Position numbers and translations under genes: made by a program. The notes below the pieces were generated by a model that did no database searches, was not told where the DNA came from, and was given only the letters and a program-made list of their open reading frames with translations. A stretch of DNA of 63,946 bases, counting the filler, from Collodictyon triciliatum (taxonomy: Eukaryota), in assembly GCA_043381765.1 (NCBI GenBank). It is 23 parts of 23 records of this genome, joined end to end, with 100 filler letters (N's around TTAATTAATTAA, not from the genome) between each part and the next. Parts side by side here need not be neighbours in the genome. Positions count along the whole stretch, not along the records: positions 16,777 to 19,460 come from JBHJMP010008444.1; positions 19,561 to 22,243 come from JBHJMP010008445.1; positions 22,344 to 25,026 come from JBHJMP010008446.1; positions 25,127 to 27,809 come from JBHJMP010008447.1; positions 27,910 to 30,592 come from JBHJMP010008448.1; 18 more parts are not named here. The stretch is one strand, 5' to 3'. Each line of letters opens with the position of its first letter. The first letter of the stretch is position 1. This document shows, in pieces, positions 17,088 through 28,388 of this stretch.

Positions 17088-18501
17088 ATGTCTGACGAGA
17101 CTGCACTTCTGAGAGAGCTGGCTAAAATCACAGGGATTTCTGACATCGCTTCTTTAAAAAGCGTTGAGAGTCTGGATATCATGGGAAAAGACATGAGGAT
17201 TATGCCACGTGGTCTGGTTATTTTGGACCATTTGAAAGAATTGATCCTTTGGAGCGACCGGTTGTCATCGCTACCGTCTGAAATATCTTGTCTGACTGGC
17301 CTCACTGGTCTGGATGTTGGTGGCAATCAGCTGTCCTCGCTGCCATCGGAGATATCTTGTTTGACTGGGCTCATATGGCTTGGTGTATACGACAACCCAG
17401 TATCTTTCTCTTTCATTCATTTCCCCCTATTTGGTTAACATATATCAATATATATAAATATATTTAAAGACTCAATATTATGTGCGCAGATAGAGGAGCT
17501 CCCACTGGAAATCACAGCACTCACAAATCTGAGGACACTTTATATCGAGTGGGAGGGCCGGCAGACTATAAAGAGAGCACCATGTGGCTTCACAAATCTT
17601 CCGTGTTGGGGTAACACCGAAGAGAAAAATTACGAGCAAATACGGCAGTTGCAGCTCTGTGAAATGGTCAATAATTCTAAGATCAATCTATTTATAAATA
17701 GCATACTTAAACCATAAACACAGTTAGAATCAATCTTGGAGCCAGGATGGACACCCACTATCAAACAAATCGAATTCCACTCATTTAGTCTACGCAGAAG
17801 GAGCCTTGCCACTTTGCCAGAGAGCATGACACTTCTGCAAAGCATGACCTTTTTGAATCTCTCGGGAAATCACGTAATTTTCTTCATAAATCAAAGTGCA
17901 TATTCATGTACACTAAATACCAACTCGAACGAGATAGCTCACCGCCATCCCAGATCATATATTTTCCCTCACTTCGATCAAAGTTCTAGATATTTCAGAC
18001 AACAGGGTACATAAAACAATAATTAAATCACTTTGATGTATATTTTTTTGGTTTGAAAAGAGAAAATCTCATAATAGTGGTAATGATAGTAATGATAATG
18101 ATTTTTTTTGGTTTCTTTTCAACAGTTTATTGAGAGAAAACAAAATAGTAATGATAATGATAATACCAATACCAATACCAATACTAATAATACTAAATTT
18201 GAGCAATCAAATGTCATTAATTAGGTATCGAGTATTCCTGAGGCTATCAACCTGCTTTGCAATCTCGAGAACTTGGATGTTTCAAATAATATGGTGAGCA
18301 CAAACCGTAAAAATTCAAATTCTAAAAAATAAAAAAAAAATACAAACAAAGCTCATTGGTTTACATAAATCACTTGTTGAAACTTGCGCACGATATTATT
18401 AGTATGTTCACTTCTTTCTTGTTTACAGCGCTCATTTTTTTAATGAATAATGTAGATATTCCAACTGCCACCATTTTACAAATGTCCAGAAGACTTTTCT
18501 G
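17088..18501 (+). CDS. Leucine-rich repeat protein (23-aa LxxLxLxxNxLxxLPxEI units), multi-exon; 3' end unresolved
   Basis: LSSLPSEISCLTGL occurs twice; also LNLSGNH|LTAIPD, LDISDNR|VSSIPE and LDVSNNM|IFQLPP, with phase-0 introns at the same LRR position. Confidence 0.88.
18103..18144 (-). mobile_element. Possible 42-bp retroposon tail (AATAAA + polyA) flanked by a 17-bp direct repeat, in an LRR intron
   Basis: ATAGTAATGATAATGAT at 18086-18102 and 18145-18161. The flanks are low-complexity, so a local tandem duplication is an alternative. Confidence 0.4.
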
Positions 18502-18905
18502 GTAAACGAGAGTTCGAAACAAGGCCCGAGACATCACATGCCACAAAAAAGAAAAAAAGGAAAAGAAGAGAAAAGAAAAGAAGACGATATCACCTTGGAT
18601 CAGACCATTAATATTTTCAACATGAGAGTAGGACTGTGCGTGTGATGTCGCAGCTACTTATTTTTACAGTAGATTTCATTGCGCTATCACCAACCTATCT
18701 TTGACAATTCATTCATGTCAGATTTATAGAACATTTTTCGTCCTTTGACATCCCCTCTATTTCTAAATAAAGAATTGATAAACACAAGCGATTTATTGAG
18801 AAAACCTTGATCCGATTATTACCTAATATAATAATAAACTGATTTTTCCACGATTATTGTTTTATTTTACATAAACCAGAGCTTTTAAAAAAAACACTAT
18901 AAGTG

Positions 18906-19460
18906 GAAGCCACCCTCATATCCACTCAAGTAATTTGGTATTATCGTCGGTCCACAATCAGATAACAAATGGACAAGCCTGGTTGAGGACATCAAGTCGA
19001 AAATATCAGTTGGAGCAACTTTCATCTCCTAGGTGTCGGGAAAGTAAGGTTGTGGAATCGAGTGATGCCATCGACCCTTATCTACAACATGAGAGGCACT
19101 TTGCTGAATTTCCAGAGGCTGAAGGAGCTGGAAGACATCTGCTGTAACTTCATCGCAATGTATAATCAAAAGCACAAAGCTGGAAGCACGTCCGCGTATA
19201 TTGGCTACTCCCGAAACACCGCGTCCTACTTCTCAATATCTCCAACAGAGAGCTGTGGATAGGTGCGCGCGTAGTCCATGCAGTAACGACCTCTCCAGAA
19301 TGCACCGTGTGCCATAGTGGAGATGACTCTATCGAACACACATTTGTGAAGTGCTCCCTTGCTCAAAAAGTGACAGAATCTACCCACAAGATGCTCTCTG
19401 AGCTTGATTATGCTCCCAACCGACTCAGCGCGTCTGACATTCTATTTGACGCACGATACC
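18906..19460 (+). mobile_element. Degenerate L1/Tx1-like ORF2 fragment: RT thumb joined by internal deletion to the zf-RVT zinc finger
   Basis: PPSYPLK*FGII (KYLG motif with a stop), GKVRLWNRVMPSTLIY, then LLNISNRELWIG...CTVCHSGDDSIEHTFVKC. Confidence 0.85.
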
Positions 19461-19590
19461 NNNNNNNNNNNNNNNNNNNNNNNNNNNNNNNNNNNNNNNN
19501 NNNNTTAATTAATTAANNNNNNNNNNNNNNNNNNNNNNNNNNNNNNNNNNNNNNNNNNNNAAAAAAAGAGACACAGAATGAGAGACACAG

Positions 19591-19662
<72 letters not shown>

Positions 19663-19668
19663 GGTTTA

Positions 19669-21580
19669 CCTATGAGAGTTTTCCTTCGATTGACTGAAAC
19701 GGAAACAATAAAGATGTGAGAGTCCTGCGTACACAGGTCTGTGTGAAGTCGAGTTTCAAAGTCAAAATATGAAATAATGGTGACTGGTCGCCCATTCTGG
19801 TGATAACGAAAATTTTTAGTCCAAAATGTCCCTAAACGAACATCACCCTTAATTTCGATTTTATTTTATTTTTTGCACATGAATTTAATTTCGTAATTAT
19901 TATGATTACGGCATCTTTGCTGTCCCTCGCAATAAGCACCGTCCCGTCAGGTTCTTTACTGATGATTGATATGCGATAGAACATATCTTCTTGTTTATCT
20001 TCGTGGGTCTGATGAACAATAATGCGATGAAATTATATTACGTGTTGTTGACTGGACTTGAGTCATCCGCCAAAGTATAAAATATAGGGCACCAGTGTGT
20101 ATGAATATCATGATTCAAAAGTATGCTCACATGTTCTTCTTGCATCAGAGTCGAGTCACTTCTATAACCAAGTTTTGAAAATAAGTTGGAAATATGGATA
20201 CATTTCATGCAGAAAACCAAAACAGAATAAGAGTTTCAATTGAAGAACAAAAAAGGAAAGATGCCTACGCGCTCGAAACATGGCTAAGATTGCTCATGGA
20301 GTTCGTTGCAAAGCCCCGAGATACTAGAAATCGAGGAGTCTCTGGTTCTTTTTGGCCATCTGGGCTCTAATATCAATTGCAATTCTTTATCACAATTTTG
20401 CTTAATTTAGTGGAATACACAAGACTATGAGACATTCGTCCAAAAACGAGCTGTACCGTGGGACCAGATGAAATCGAGTCTTCAAAAGAATTTGTTGAGG
20501 ATGGAGATCTGTCAGTAAATTCGTAGATTAGAATCACAACATAGTCCGCATGTCTGTAACATCTTCAAACAGCTATCATGAGCTTCTCTCTTCCATAAAA
20601 TCAAATATTTATACACAGGCTAAGGAAAAATAGATGTAATTGTTCACCTCGGGTGCCCAACTGAAATCCTTAGTCCTTCTGGTCCAGGAGTCGATAGAAT
20701 AACAGGAGAGCTTGTAACAGACGAATATTCACTGTTTGGCTGTGGTGCTGTAGCCTGAATTTTTTCTTTAATAAAAATGAAAAGTTATTTGAATTTACAG
20801 TTCATGATGGAACAATTAATGTACATATGAAGTTTTTTGTTTTGTTTTTCATTAAAAAAAATTAAGACAGCGCGAATAACACAAAAATAACCAAGTTACA
20901 TAATATCATAGCACTACTTAATGAGTGCAAATCTAGCGCGTTTATATCGGACTAAAATTTTGACATATATTAGGTCACATGAAGAAACCTTCATCCTCAT
21001 GGTCATCGATACAGGCAGATGATCCCGTAAAAAGCGCTAGAGTAATATCAACATATTTTTTTTAAAAAAAATTAAAGTGTTCGTATTTAAAAATGAATCA
21101 ATTAATTCATCTCGAGAAGACATATATCGGCTCTATCACTCATTAAATGCTTACAAACAAATGAAGCTGCCCGAGAGTTCGACCCGGAACTTACAGAACC
21201 TCTATTAAATGAGAGGAAAATTATTCGGAGATGAGATACAGTTTAGGAATGAAGAATCCATCTTGAGTAATAGTCTGGAAGCTTGTTTTATAAAACTTAG
21301 CAAGGAACGATGTGAAGCCCAAATGGACCAACAAGAAATAAGGGAACGTTCGGATTATCTGGTGCCTGTTAAATATCATGAAAATATATTTCAAGCAGCA
21401 TATAGGAAACGTACTTTTCAGTAATTGTTATTCCTTCAGAGTCGTCTGAATGGACCGGATGTCTCTGGTAGCGGGACTTTTCAGGCTCTGATAAAGTCGG
21501 GAGAATGTCCTGCTTGATCGAAAAGAATGGAAGGAATGACAGCATTGCGGCCCCACACAGTCTCTTGGGGGAGATCTAAC
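19669..21580 (-). CDS. Ser/Pro-rich multi-exon protein ending in a degenerate protein-kinase N-lobe-like segment
   Basis: Phase-consistent exons give ...QEEH|THEDKQEDMFYRISIISKEPDGTVLIARDSKDA|GHFGLKIFVITRMGDQSPLFHILTLK. The upstream exons are Ser/Pro-rich. The start is not resolved. Confidence 0.4.
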
Positions 21581-23770
21581 CAAAAAAAATGCGACCAAAG
21601 ATATTAAGTTCCTGTAAAAGGTAGCTTTGGATCATTTAATGCTGCCCCGCTTAACGGCAGGAAATGACGCCGTGGTTGTGCACAAACGATTTTACACAGG
21701 AGGCCACCGAGAGAGTAGATGAGGGGAGAGTTGGAAGAAACGGTTGCTTGTGGCCAAAGAGGAGCCAACATATGAATGAAGATGACGATGTTGGTAACTT
21801 TGTGTTTATTGAAGAGTTTTGGTTCAAACAGACGGTTCTGGTGGGTCGACTTGCGTGCTTTTTTTTTTTGTGATCACAAAATCCTCCTTTTTCGTGAGGA
21901 GGATGGAGACCGAATCGATCAGAAAGTATCGGATCCAAATGGATTCATTATCGCAATAAATATACCGTATTAATTTACTAAAGTGGAGTTTCTACCGCCT
22001 TTCTGCTTGCACGGATTCGTTTTGGTGTTTGTCCGGAAAGGGTTAGTAAAAAAATTACAACTATTAAGTTGAAGGATAGAAGGTTTAATCTGGACTGTGG
22101 TTTTGGACTGAACTACCGATTTGAGTCCAGGGTGTTCGACAACCAACATACATACATACATACATACATACATACATACATACATACATACATACATACA
22201 TACATACATACATACATACATACATACATACATACATACATACNNNNNNNNNNNNNNNNNNNNNNNNNNNNNNNNNNNNNNNNNNNNTTAATTAATTAAN
22301 NNNNNNNNNNNNNNNNNNNNNNNNNNNNNNNNNNNNNNNNNNNAAAAAACCATAAAAAAACCATAAAAAAACCATAAAAAAACCATAAAAAAACCATAAA
22401 AAACCATAAAAAAAACCATAAAAAAACCATAAAAGAAACCATAAAAACACAAATCCCACAAGCAACATAGAAAGTGGACTCAGGATCACTTTTCAACCAC
22501 ACAGAAGGGACTCAAAGCCAGCATCTCCACCATCCTGCACAAAATTGTAAGCAAGAATAAAATAAAAACCACACAGAACGGAAAAGGGTGGGCTTCTGGG
22601 CGTCCATTCCGTCCGATGCTGCGCGGCAGATGAATCAGATGTGTTGTGCATCAATCAGCCGGAATATTTTGCCCACTGCCAAATGCCAATGGTCGCGCCC
22701 AACCGCCTGTTCTGTGTCAAAACTCCGCACTATCTCACAAGCCACTTTACCATGAGTGTGCGGGTGCTTCAACTCGGAATGAATGGTCAGCAAAGTCCCA
22801 TACAGCACCGTTCGACGTTTTCCGTCGATTACTTGTAACACATGACTCTGTCGGCAGCATTTCACAACAAACCAACGAACAGGAAAGGGTTGTAAGAGGA
22901 GAAGCTATGCCTTGAGGGATCAAACAAAGAGTTAATTATTCGGCGCCTCTCTACTTCGTTCAAGGGATATACATCCGCTTTATTTTATCTGATCTTATTT
23001 TTCGCCTTTTATGCAAATACGCGCTGCAATGTGGGTGCCTTATGTATTATTACAATTTTATTTTCTTCTGAAACCTCTCCCCGCCCCATAACAAACGAGA
23101 CAGCCTTCCGATTCGCTTGCTGATAAGCGAATTCATTTCTCATATAATTTCCCCTTAATTTTACCTCTCGATATGATAAACGAGAAGGATTTATTTAACA
23201 AATTAATATTCTCGTATTTTTTTTCCTCATGATATCTCTTTCTCTCTCACCTATTCCAGTGAAAATTAGCATATGGACGTAATTTTTTTTCTAAGAAAAA
23301 CTCTTATAAAAACCTCCATCGGAAAAAAATGACAAACAAATATACACCTAAATCTTATATATTTAAATATGCAATACTCTAATGGATAAATCAATTCATG
23401 GATGAGATGTGAACACCAGTTTTCGACTTAAATAAAGGCACGAGAATGGATATTTCCCATGCTCATTAATCTAAGTGATTACAAAATAGGAGCTCGAAGG
23501 CATCTTTATGAGACTGAAACCGCGATTCAGGATTTCAATACGCAGAGATATACTTATTGAAAGATTAAAATGGACTGTCATGTATTGCTGATCAAAATGA
23601 TTTAATTTCAAACTATATCCTTGTATACATTATAAATGAATTAGTTTGGATGAGAATTTCATGTCCACATCATAGAGCTTCGTTGTTTCTTATGACTAAT
23701 ATATATGAAAATCTGATCTAATTTCCCAAAAACTATGCCAATAAATAAATAAAAAATGATTTATCCAATC

Positions 23771-23794
23771 TTTTTTCCTTTATTCAATTCAAAG
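23771..23794 (-). mobile_element. 24-bp tail-only retroposon insertion with 13-bp TSD
   Basis: TTTTTTCCTTTATTCAATTCAAAG has 1 mismatch to the 3' end of the 11.5-kb element. It is flanked by GATTTATCCAATC (23758-23770) and GATTTATCCTATC (23795-23807). Confidence 0.75.
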
Positions 23795-24839
23795 GATTTA
23801 TCCTATCATTAATAAAGTCCATCGTGTTGAAAATTAAGAATCACAGAATTATACATGATTGGTCGGAAAAGCACAACGGTCCTCTGATTCCTTCAGTGCC
23901 GCAGAGATGCACCAGTTAGACAATATTGGTACTTCTATTGGACTTTTCTTATCTTGTTAATGGAAGAAAAAAGAGATTTCAACTGGAAACATTCACAAAT
24001 AGTTGATATTTAATATTGTCTCGCAATTATTTCATAATTGTTCTTTGTCAAGATATGGTATGTGATTCTCTTTGATTCTACTGCAAAGCTGGATTGATGT
24101 GATATTTAAAATGAAAAATTTCTGGTTTATGAATTTTTTTTAATATATCGATCATGTTTTATTCGGAGTATCTCGTAGTACTCTTAACTTTTACCAACAC
24201 TATATGATTTTCAAATAATTATTTAATCAGGATTATCACTACCCCGATGAATTTGATATATCTAAGAGAACATTTGAATCAGAAGATGTTTTATTTCCGT
24301 TCAAAGTTGTTATTATCTGAATTTCTCAATTGATTTAGAATTTCTATAAGCCTCGTGTTTCTGATGCAAATATAGAGGATGACCAAAAATGTGTAGTGAT
24401 GATTTAGATAATTTTTAATATCATTTTTGACCACTTTGAGAATCAGCTTCGAAATACTATACATTAGCGTTCATATTCAAATCGTCAAATATGAAGCTCG
24501 GTCAATATATTAGATTGTTTTTATTAAATTGTTTCATAAAATAAGGATTATGCTAATAATATGAGCAGTTTATACACGAAGGTTAGATTAACAAAGTCTA
24601 AACCTCTTCAACTTACGCAAACGGAAAGGAAGAACAAAAAATAATGACTAATTAATATCTGTATTCATTTCATTAACACATGTTAAACATAATCAATCAA
24701 ATGCAAATAGCTTGAATGTTTTATCAACATACAAGATGAAGTTCAAGTTATTTGTTTTAATCATTTTTTTGTTTTCTTTTTTTTCCTTATTTGCCGCAAT
24801 ATGTGCAACTTTTCATCTTGTCTAGGCTATCCTACGTTG

Positions 24840-24908
<69 letters not shown>

Positions 24909-25126
24909 CAACCAACCAACCAACCAAGCCAAACCCCAAAATTAGAGCACAAATCGAGTTTCTTTAAAGAATCACCACAAGTTTTTAACTCACGTTATAC
25001 ATTTTAACAAAAAAAAAAAAAAAAAANNNNNNNNNNNNNNNNNNNNNNNNNNNNNNNNNNNNNNNNNNNNTTAATTAATTAANNNNNNNNNNNNNNNNNN
25101 NNNNNNNNNNNNNNNNNNNNNNNNNN

Positions 25127-25897
25127 ACCTACAAGACTATAAGTAATGGCAACTCTGTACTTTGCTATGTACAAAGACGTACTATCACGGGCTTTGCATT
25201 CGGACTGATGACCGCATAAATATGCAGTTTGCCAATTCCTCGACTTAAGGAAAAGATCTTTGGACGTGGCGTTGCACAATTTCCCTTCAGTCTTACACAT
25301 ATACTTTTTTAGAGAAATTACTCTAGCCAAAGGATTTCGCAACACGTTGATATAAGAAATCGTCCCGAACCCAGACTGTGTAAGGTGAGCTTTGTTTCCG
25401 AAGTAAGGCAAATAAGCAGTATGACTGTCGAATATTGCTGGCCGAATCTCCATCATTTCTTTCTTACGAATTTCAATCTCATCTTTGTTGATGTAAAATT
25501 CGTGCGGATTCTGCAGAGGGTGACCAGCAGTTTTAATAGAATCATATGATACTTGAGCGTATGTACTGTCACTCTTAAAAGCTTTCGAATTCTTTTCAAA
25601 GTAATGCAGCAATGATGATGAGGCACACTTCGGAACGCGATTGTAATAAATTATTTCTGGGAATTCTGCCCTACACTTCCCTACCATGCTTAACAACTCT
25701 TCATCATTAAGCCAAGTTCCATTAGTCTGCACGCCATCAATATTTTCATCACTTAATGAATCGGGATTTAATTTTCTAGTCATTGAGGCATTTAGAATTT
25801 TCGGCAAGGAATATACTCCTTCGTATCTTATTAAAAGAAACATCCAAAGGATCATACGAATAGCCATTGTAAAATTTGTAGACATTACAGAGTTCAT
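25127..25897 (-). CDS. Heparan-sulfate/uronyl 2-O-sulfotransferase-like (Sulfotransfer_2) type II membrane protein, 3'-truncated by contig end
   Basis: N-terminal hydrophobic anchor, 5'-PSB IIYYNRVPKCASSSL, 3'-PB YINVLRNPLARVIS, then QTAYLCG and AKYRV...YSLVG. Intronless over the visible part. Confidence 0.85.
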
Positions 25898-26810
25898 TTC
25901 GACGACACCTATGTATGCTTCCCATGGATTTTATAATTTAACCTTTCAACTGAGATACTCATGAAATATTTCAAATACTCTCCAACCCCTTCTGCTCTCC
26001 TCTTCTACATCCTTCACCACTTCCTTCAATCACTAAATTTATATCCACGTGGGGTGAACGTAAGGATTTTATATTAGACTTTGACTGCATTCAGCCAACT
26101 TAATGCGCACTTATGTTTTTATTTCCTTTATTCGATTCAGATTATGGAGATCTTATGGAATTTGTGTACATTTTATCAAATGTGTTGATGGCAATGCTGC
26201 TGCAATACTTATATACAAGATAACGATACGGTGCTCAACTGGCCTCGAAGAACACATATATTTGATGGTGTAATTGATAAATCTTCTTTAAAGTTGAACA
26301 TACGAATTCAATCATATTTTCGATTTTTCAATTTTTGATTTAAATCGCAAAAAGGAAAAATGTACTGAACTCGCTAATTATTTACTAGAACAAGCTTGGT
26401 TAAAATTGCAAAGCGAATACATCAGACACAACTTACTTCGGATCTTTTCAGAACATAAGACACACTAGGGGAAGGTTAGATAGGGGATAGATCGGATTGG
26501 TCGCGTGACGTAAACATATCGGAGAGCAACTTGAGTGACAGAGAGGATTATGAAGCAGAAGGACTGAAATGGAGAGGGGACTGTTCTGCTAGGGCGTGAA
26601 ATGTGGAATCGAAATTGGAATAAGCGGGAATCTAGTTGCATATTCTGATAATTACATTGATGGTGATGTCATCATCATCCAATGTTGTGGAGAGTGCGCT
26701 TCATTGTCCGTTGAAGCACCTTTCGTCTGCCCTGGTTTGGGTAAAACTGAGTGCTCAGGAACGAGTCACAAGGAATGTCATACATGGCCGGAAACACACA
26801 CACACACCGC

Positions 26811-26880
26811 GCACTCTGTTGGATTCGAACCACGTTTGCGCAGGTCAGACGCTCTCCGATGCCAGCCGGACTACAATGAC
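26811..26880 (-). ncRNA. tRNA-like sequence (pseudo-tRNA or tRNA-derived SINE head)
   Basis: A-box-like TAGTCCGGCTGG, a D-stem TCCG/CGGA and a perfect B-box GGTTCGAATCC at tRNA spacing. The acceptor stem does not pair. Confidence 0.4.
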
Positions 26881-27381
26881 TACCCCAAGGCGGACGAAGC
26901 AGTTTTCGTCATCGAAGAGTTCGTTCTCAATCGCACTTTTATAAACGAGATATGTTAGCCACAGATGATCGATTGGGAGGTTCCGTTTCCCGATGCAAGT
27001 TCTACCCTGCACGAGGCTGACTGGTGCCAGCCTCGCACCAGGTCTCACCGAAGTCTATCGATGGTATACTTAAAGCAACCGATATCGAAGGGTTCTGGGG
27101 AGTATGTTTTTGGAGCCCTTTGGGCAGGACGCATCAACCGACTCTCAAACTCAAACTCGCCTGCAAACCACATCGGTTTATGGCCAATGTTATAACCAAC
27201 ACATGTGAGACGTTCCAAATGCAATAACATACTGTAAAAAACGCTCCGCCATCTGGAAGGAAGTGCGTAAATTATGCAGAGTTGTCTTCGGACTCGACCT
27301 AGTGCCATTCTAATCAAAGCGAACTTTTCCTGTCTGCCATAGTTTCTACACCTTGTGCCACCAAATCAGTATTCCCAATCT

Positions 27382-27545
27382 CTTCCACTCCTCTCTGAAC
27401 CTAACCAAGTACACTTACTTTCCCCTTCCAAGGGCTTTACCACAAGTTCTATCCTGAAAGGAATCTCTGAGCCTCTTATCAAGCCCCTGGGTCATAAGTT
27501 CCTTTTTTCTTCCTCTTCATCCCCTTTCTCTCCTTCCTCTATCGC
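27382..27545 (+). repeat. ~165-bp dispersed repeat, second copy at 33207-33375 (minus)
   Basis: CTTCCACTC...CACAAGT(T/C)CTATCCTGAAAGGAATC(T/C)CTG(A/G)GCCTCTTATCAAGCCCC...TTCCTCTTCATCC is shared by both loci. Confidence 0.85.
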
Positions 27546-27564
27546 CCAGCTATAAACCATCCTG

Positions 27565-27809
27565 ACGACAAGTGCCTTCAAGTGGAGCAGAATCGACCGC
27601 TTCCTCTGCTCAAGGGACTTGCATGCGTGGCTCAAGAAACTTAAAACAGTCTATTCTGCGCTGTCCGACCACAGTGCTATCCTGGCTCACATCGATTCAG
27701 CCGGTGGCTGTGAATGGCAGGCGAGGTATATAGACTGGAGGGCATACAATGACTCCAAGTCGATAGAAGACATACAAAACAAGCTCAGGGCTTACTTCAA
27801 CACCCCAGG
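27565..27809 (+). mobile_element. L1/Tx1-like apurinic-type endonuclease C-terminal fragment
   Basis: KWSRIDRFLCS...YSALSDHSAI corresponds to the SRIDR and SDH motifs of the APE domain. Confidence 0.8.
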
Positions 27810-28388
27810 NNNNNNNNNNNNNNNNNNNNNNNNNNNNNNNNNNNNNNNNNNNNTTAATTAATTAANNNNNNNNNNNNNNNNNNNNNNNNNNNNNNNNNNN
27901 NNNNNNNNNAAAAAGAACATAAAAAAAGAACATAAAAAAAGAACATAAAAAAAGAACATAAAAAAAGAACATAAAAAAAGAACATAAAAAAAGAACATAA
28001 AAAAAGAACACAAAAAAAGAACATAAAAAGAGAACATAGAAAAGAAAATAGAAAAGAAAATAGAAAAGAAAATAGAATAGAAAAAGAGATGGATATTCAT
28101 TGACGCATATATTTGCTTTTTAATATCAACCACTACAAAATGGACAACCGATAATACACCAACGATTAACGACGAACACGACCCCCACCAACACCCACAA
28201 ACTCATCTTGCACACCCAAAAGCTTCGCTCCTTGGCAAACAGCAAAACCAAAGCTGCCGGCCTCAACGAAGCGCACCTGATTCACATGCACCAAAGGATT
28301 CCAACCACACCAAATCCAGAGAGGACACACACAGACCCACAAAGAACCCTCGCGACTCATAAAGTCCGTCCATCCGGCTTTCTCCCTG

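Noticed and set aside
17400..17489. U12-type intron (donor GTATCTTT)
   Set aside because: A single near-match with no TCCTTAAC-like branch point near the acceptor; the other donors look U2-type.
19670..20008. Degenerate Ras/Rho-like GTPase read from alternative frames
   Set aside because: The exon phases are incompatible: splicing in that frame gives an immediate TAA.
23490..24410. Small spliced gene ending KCVVMI (CaaX or G-gamma-like)
   Set aside because: I could not build a phase-consistent exon chain, and the Cys is at -5 rather than -4.
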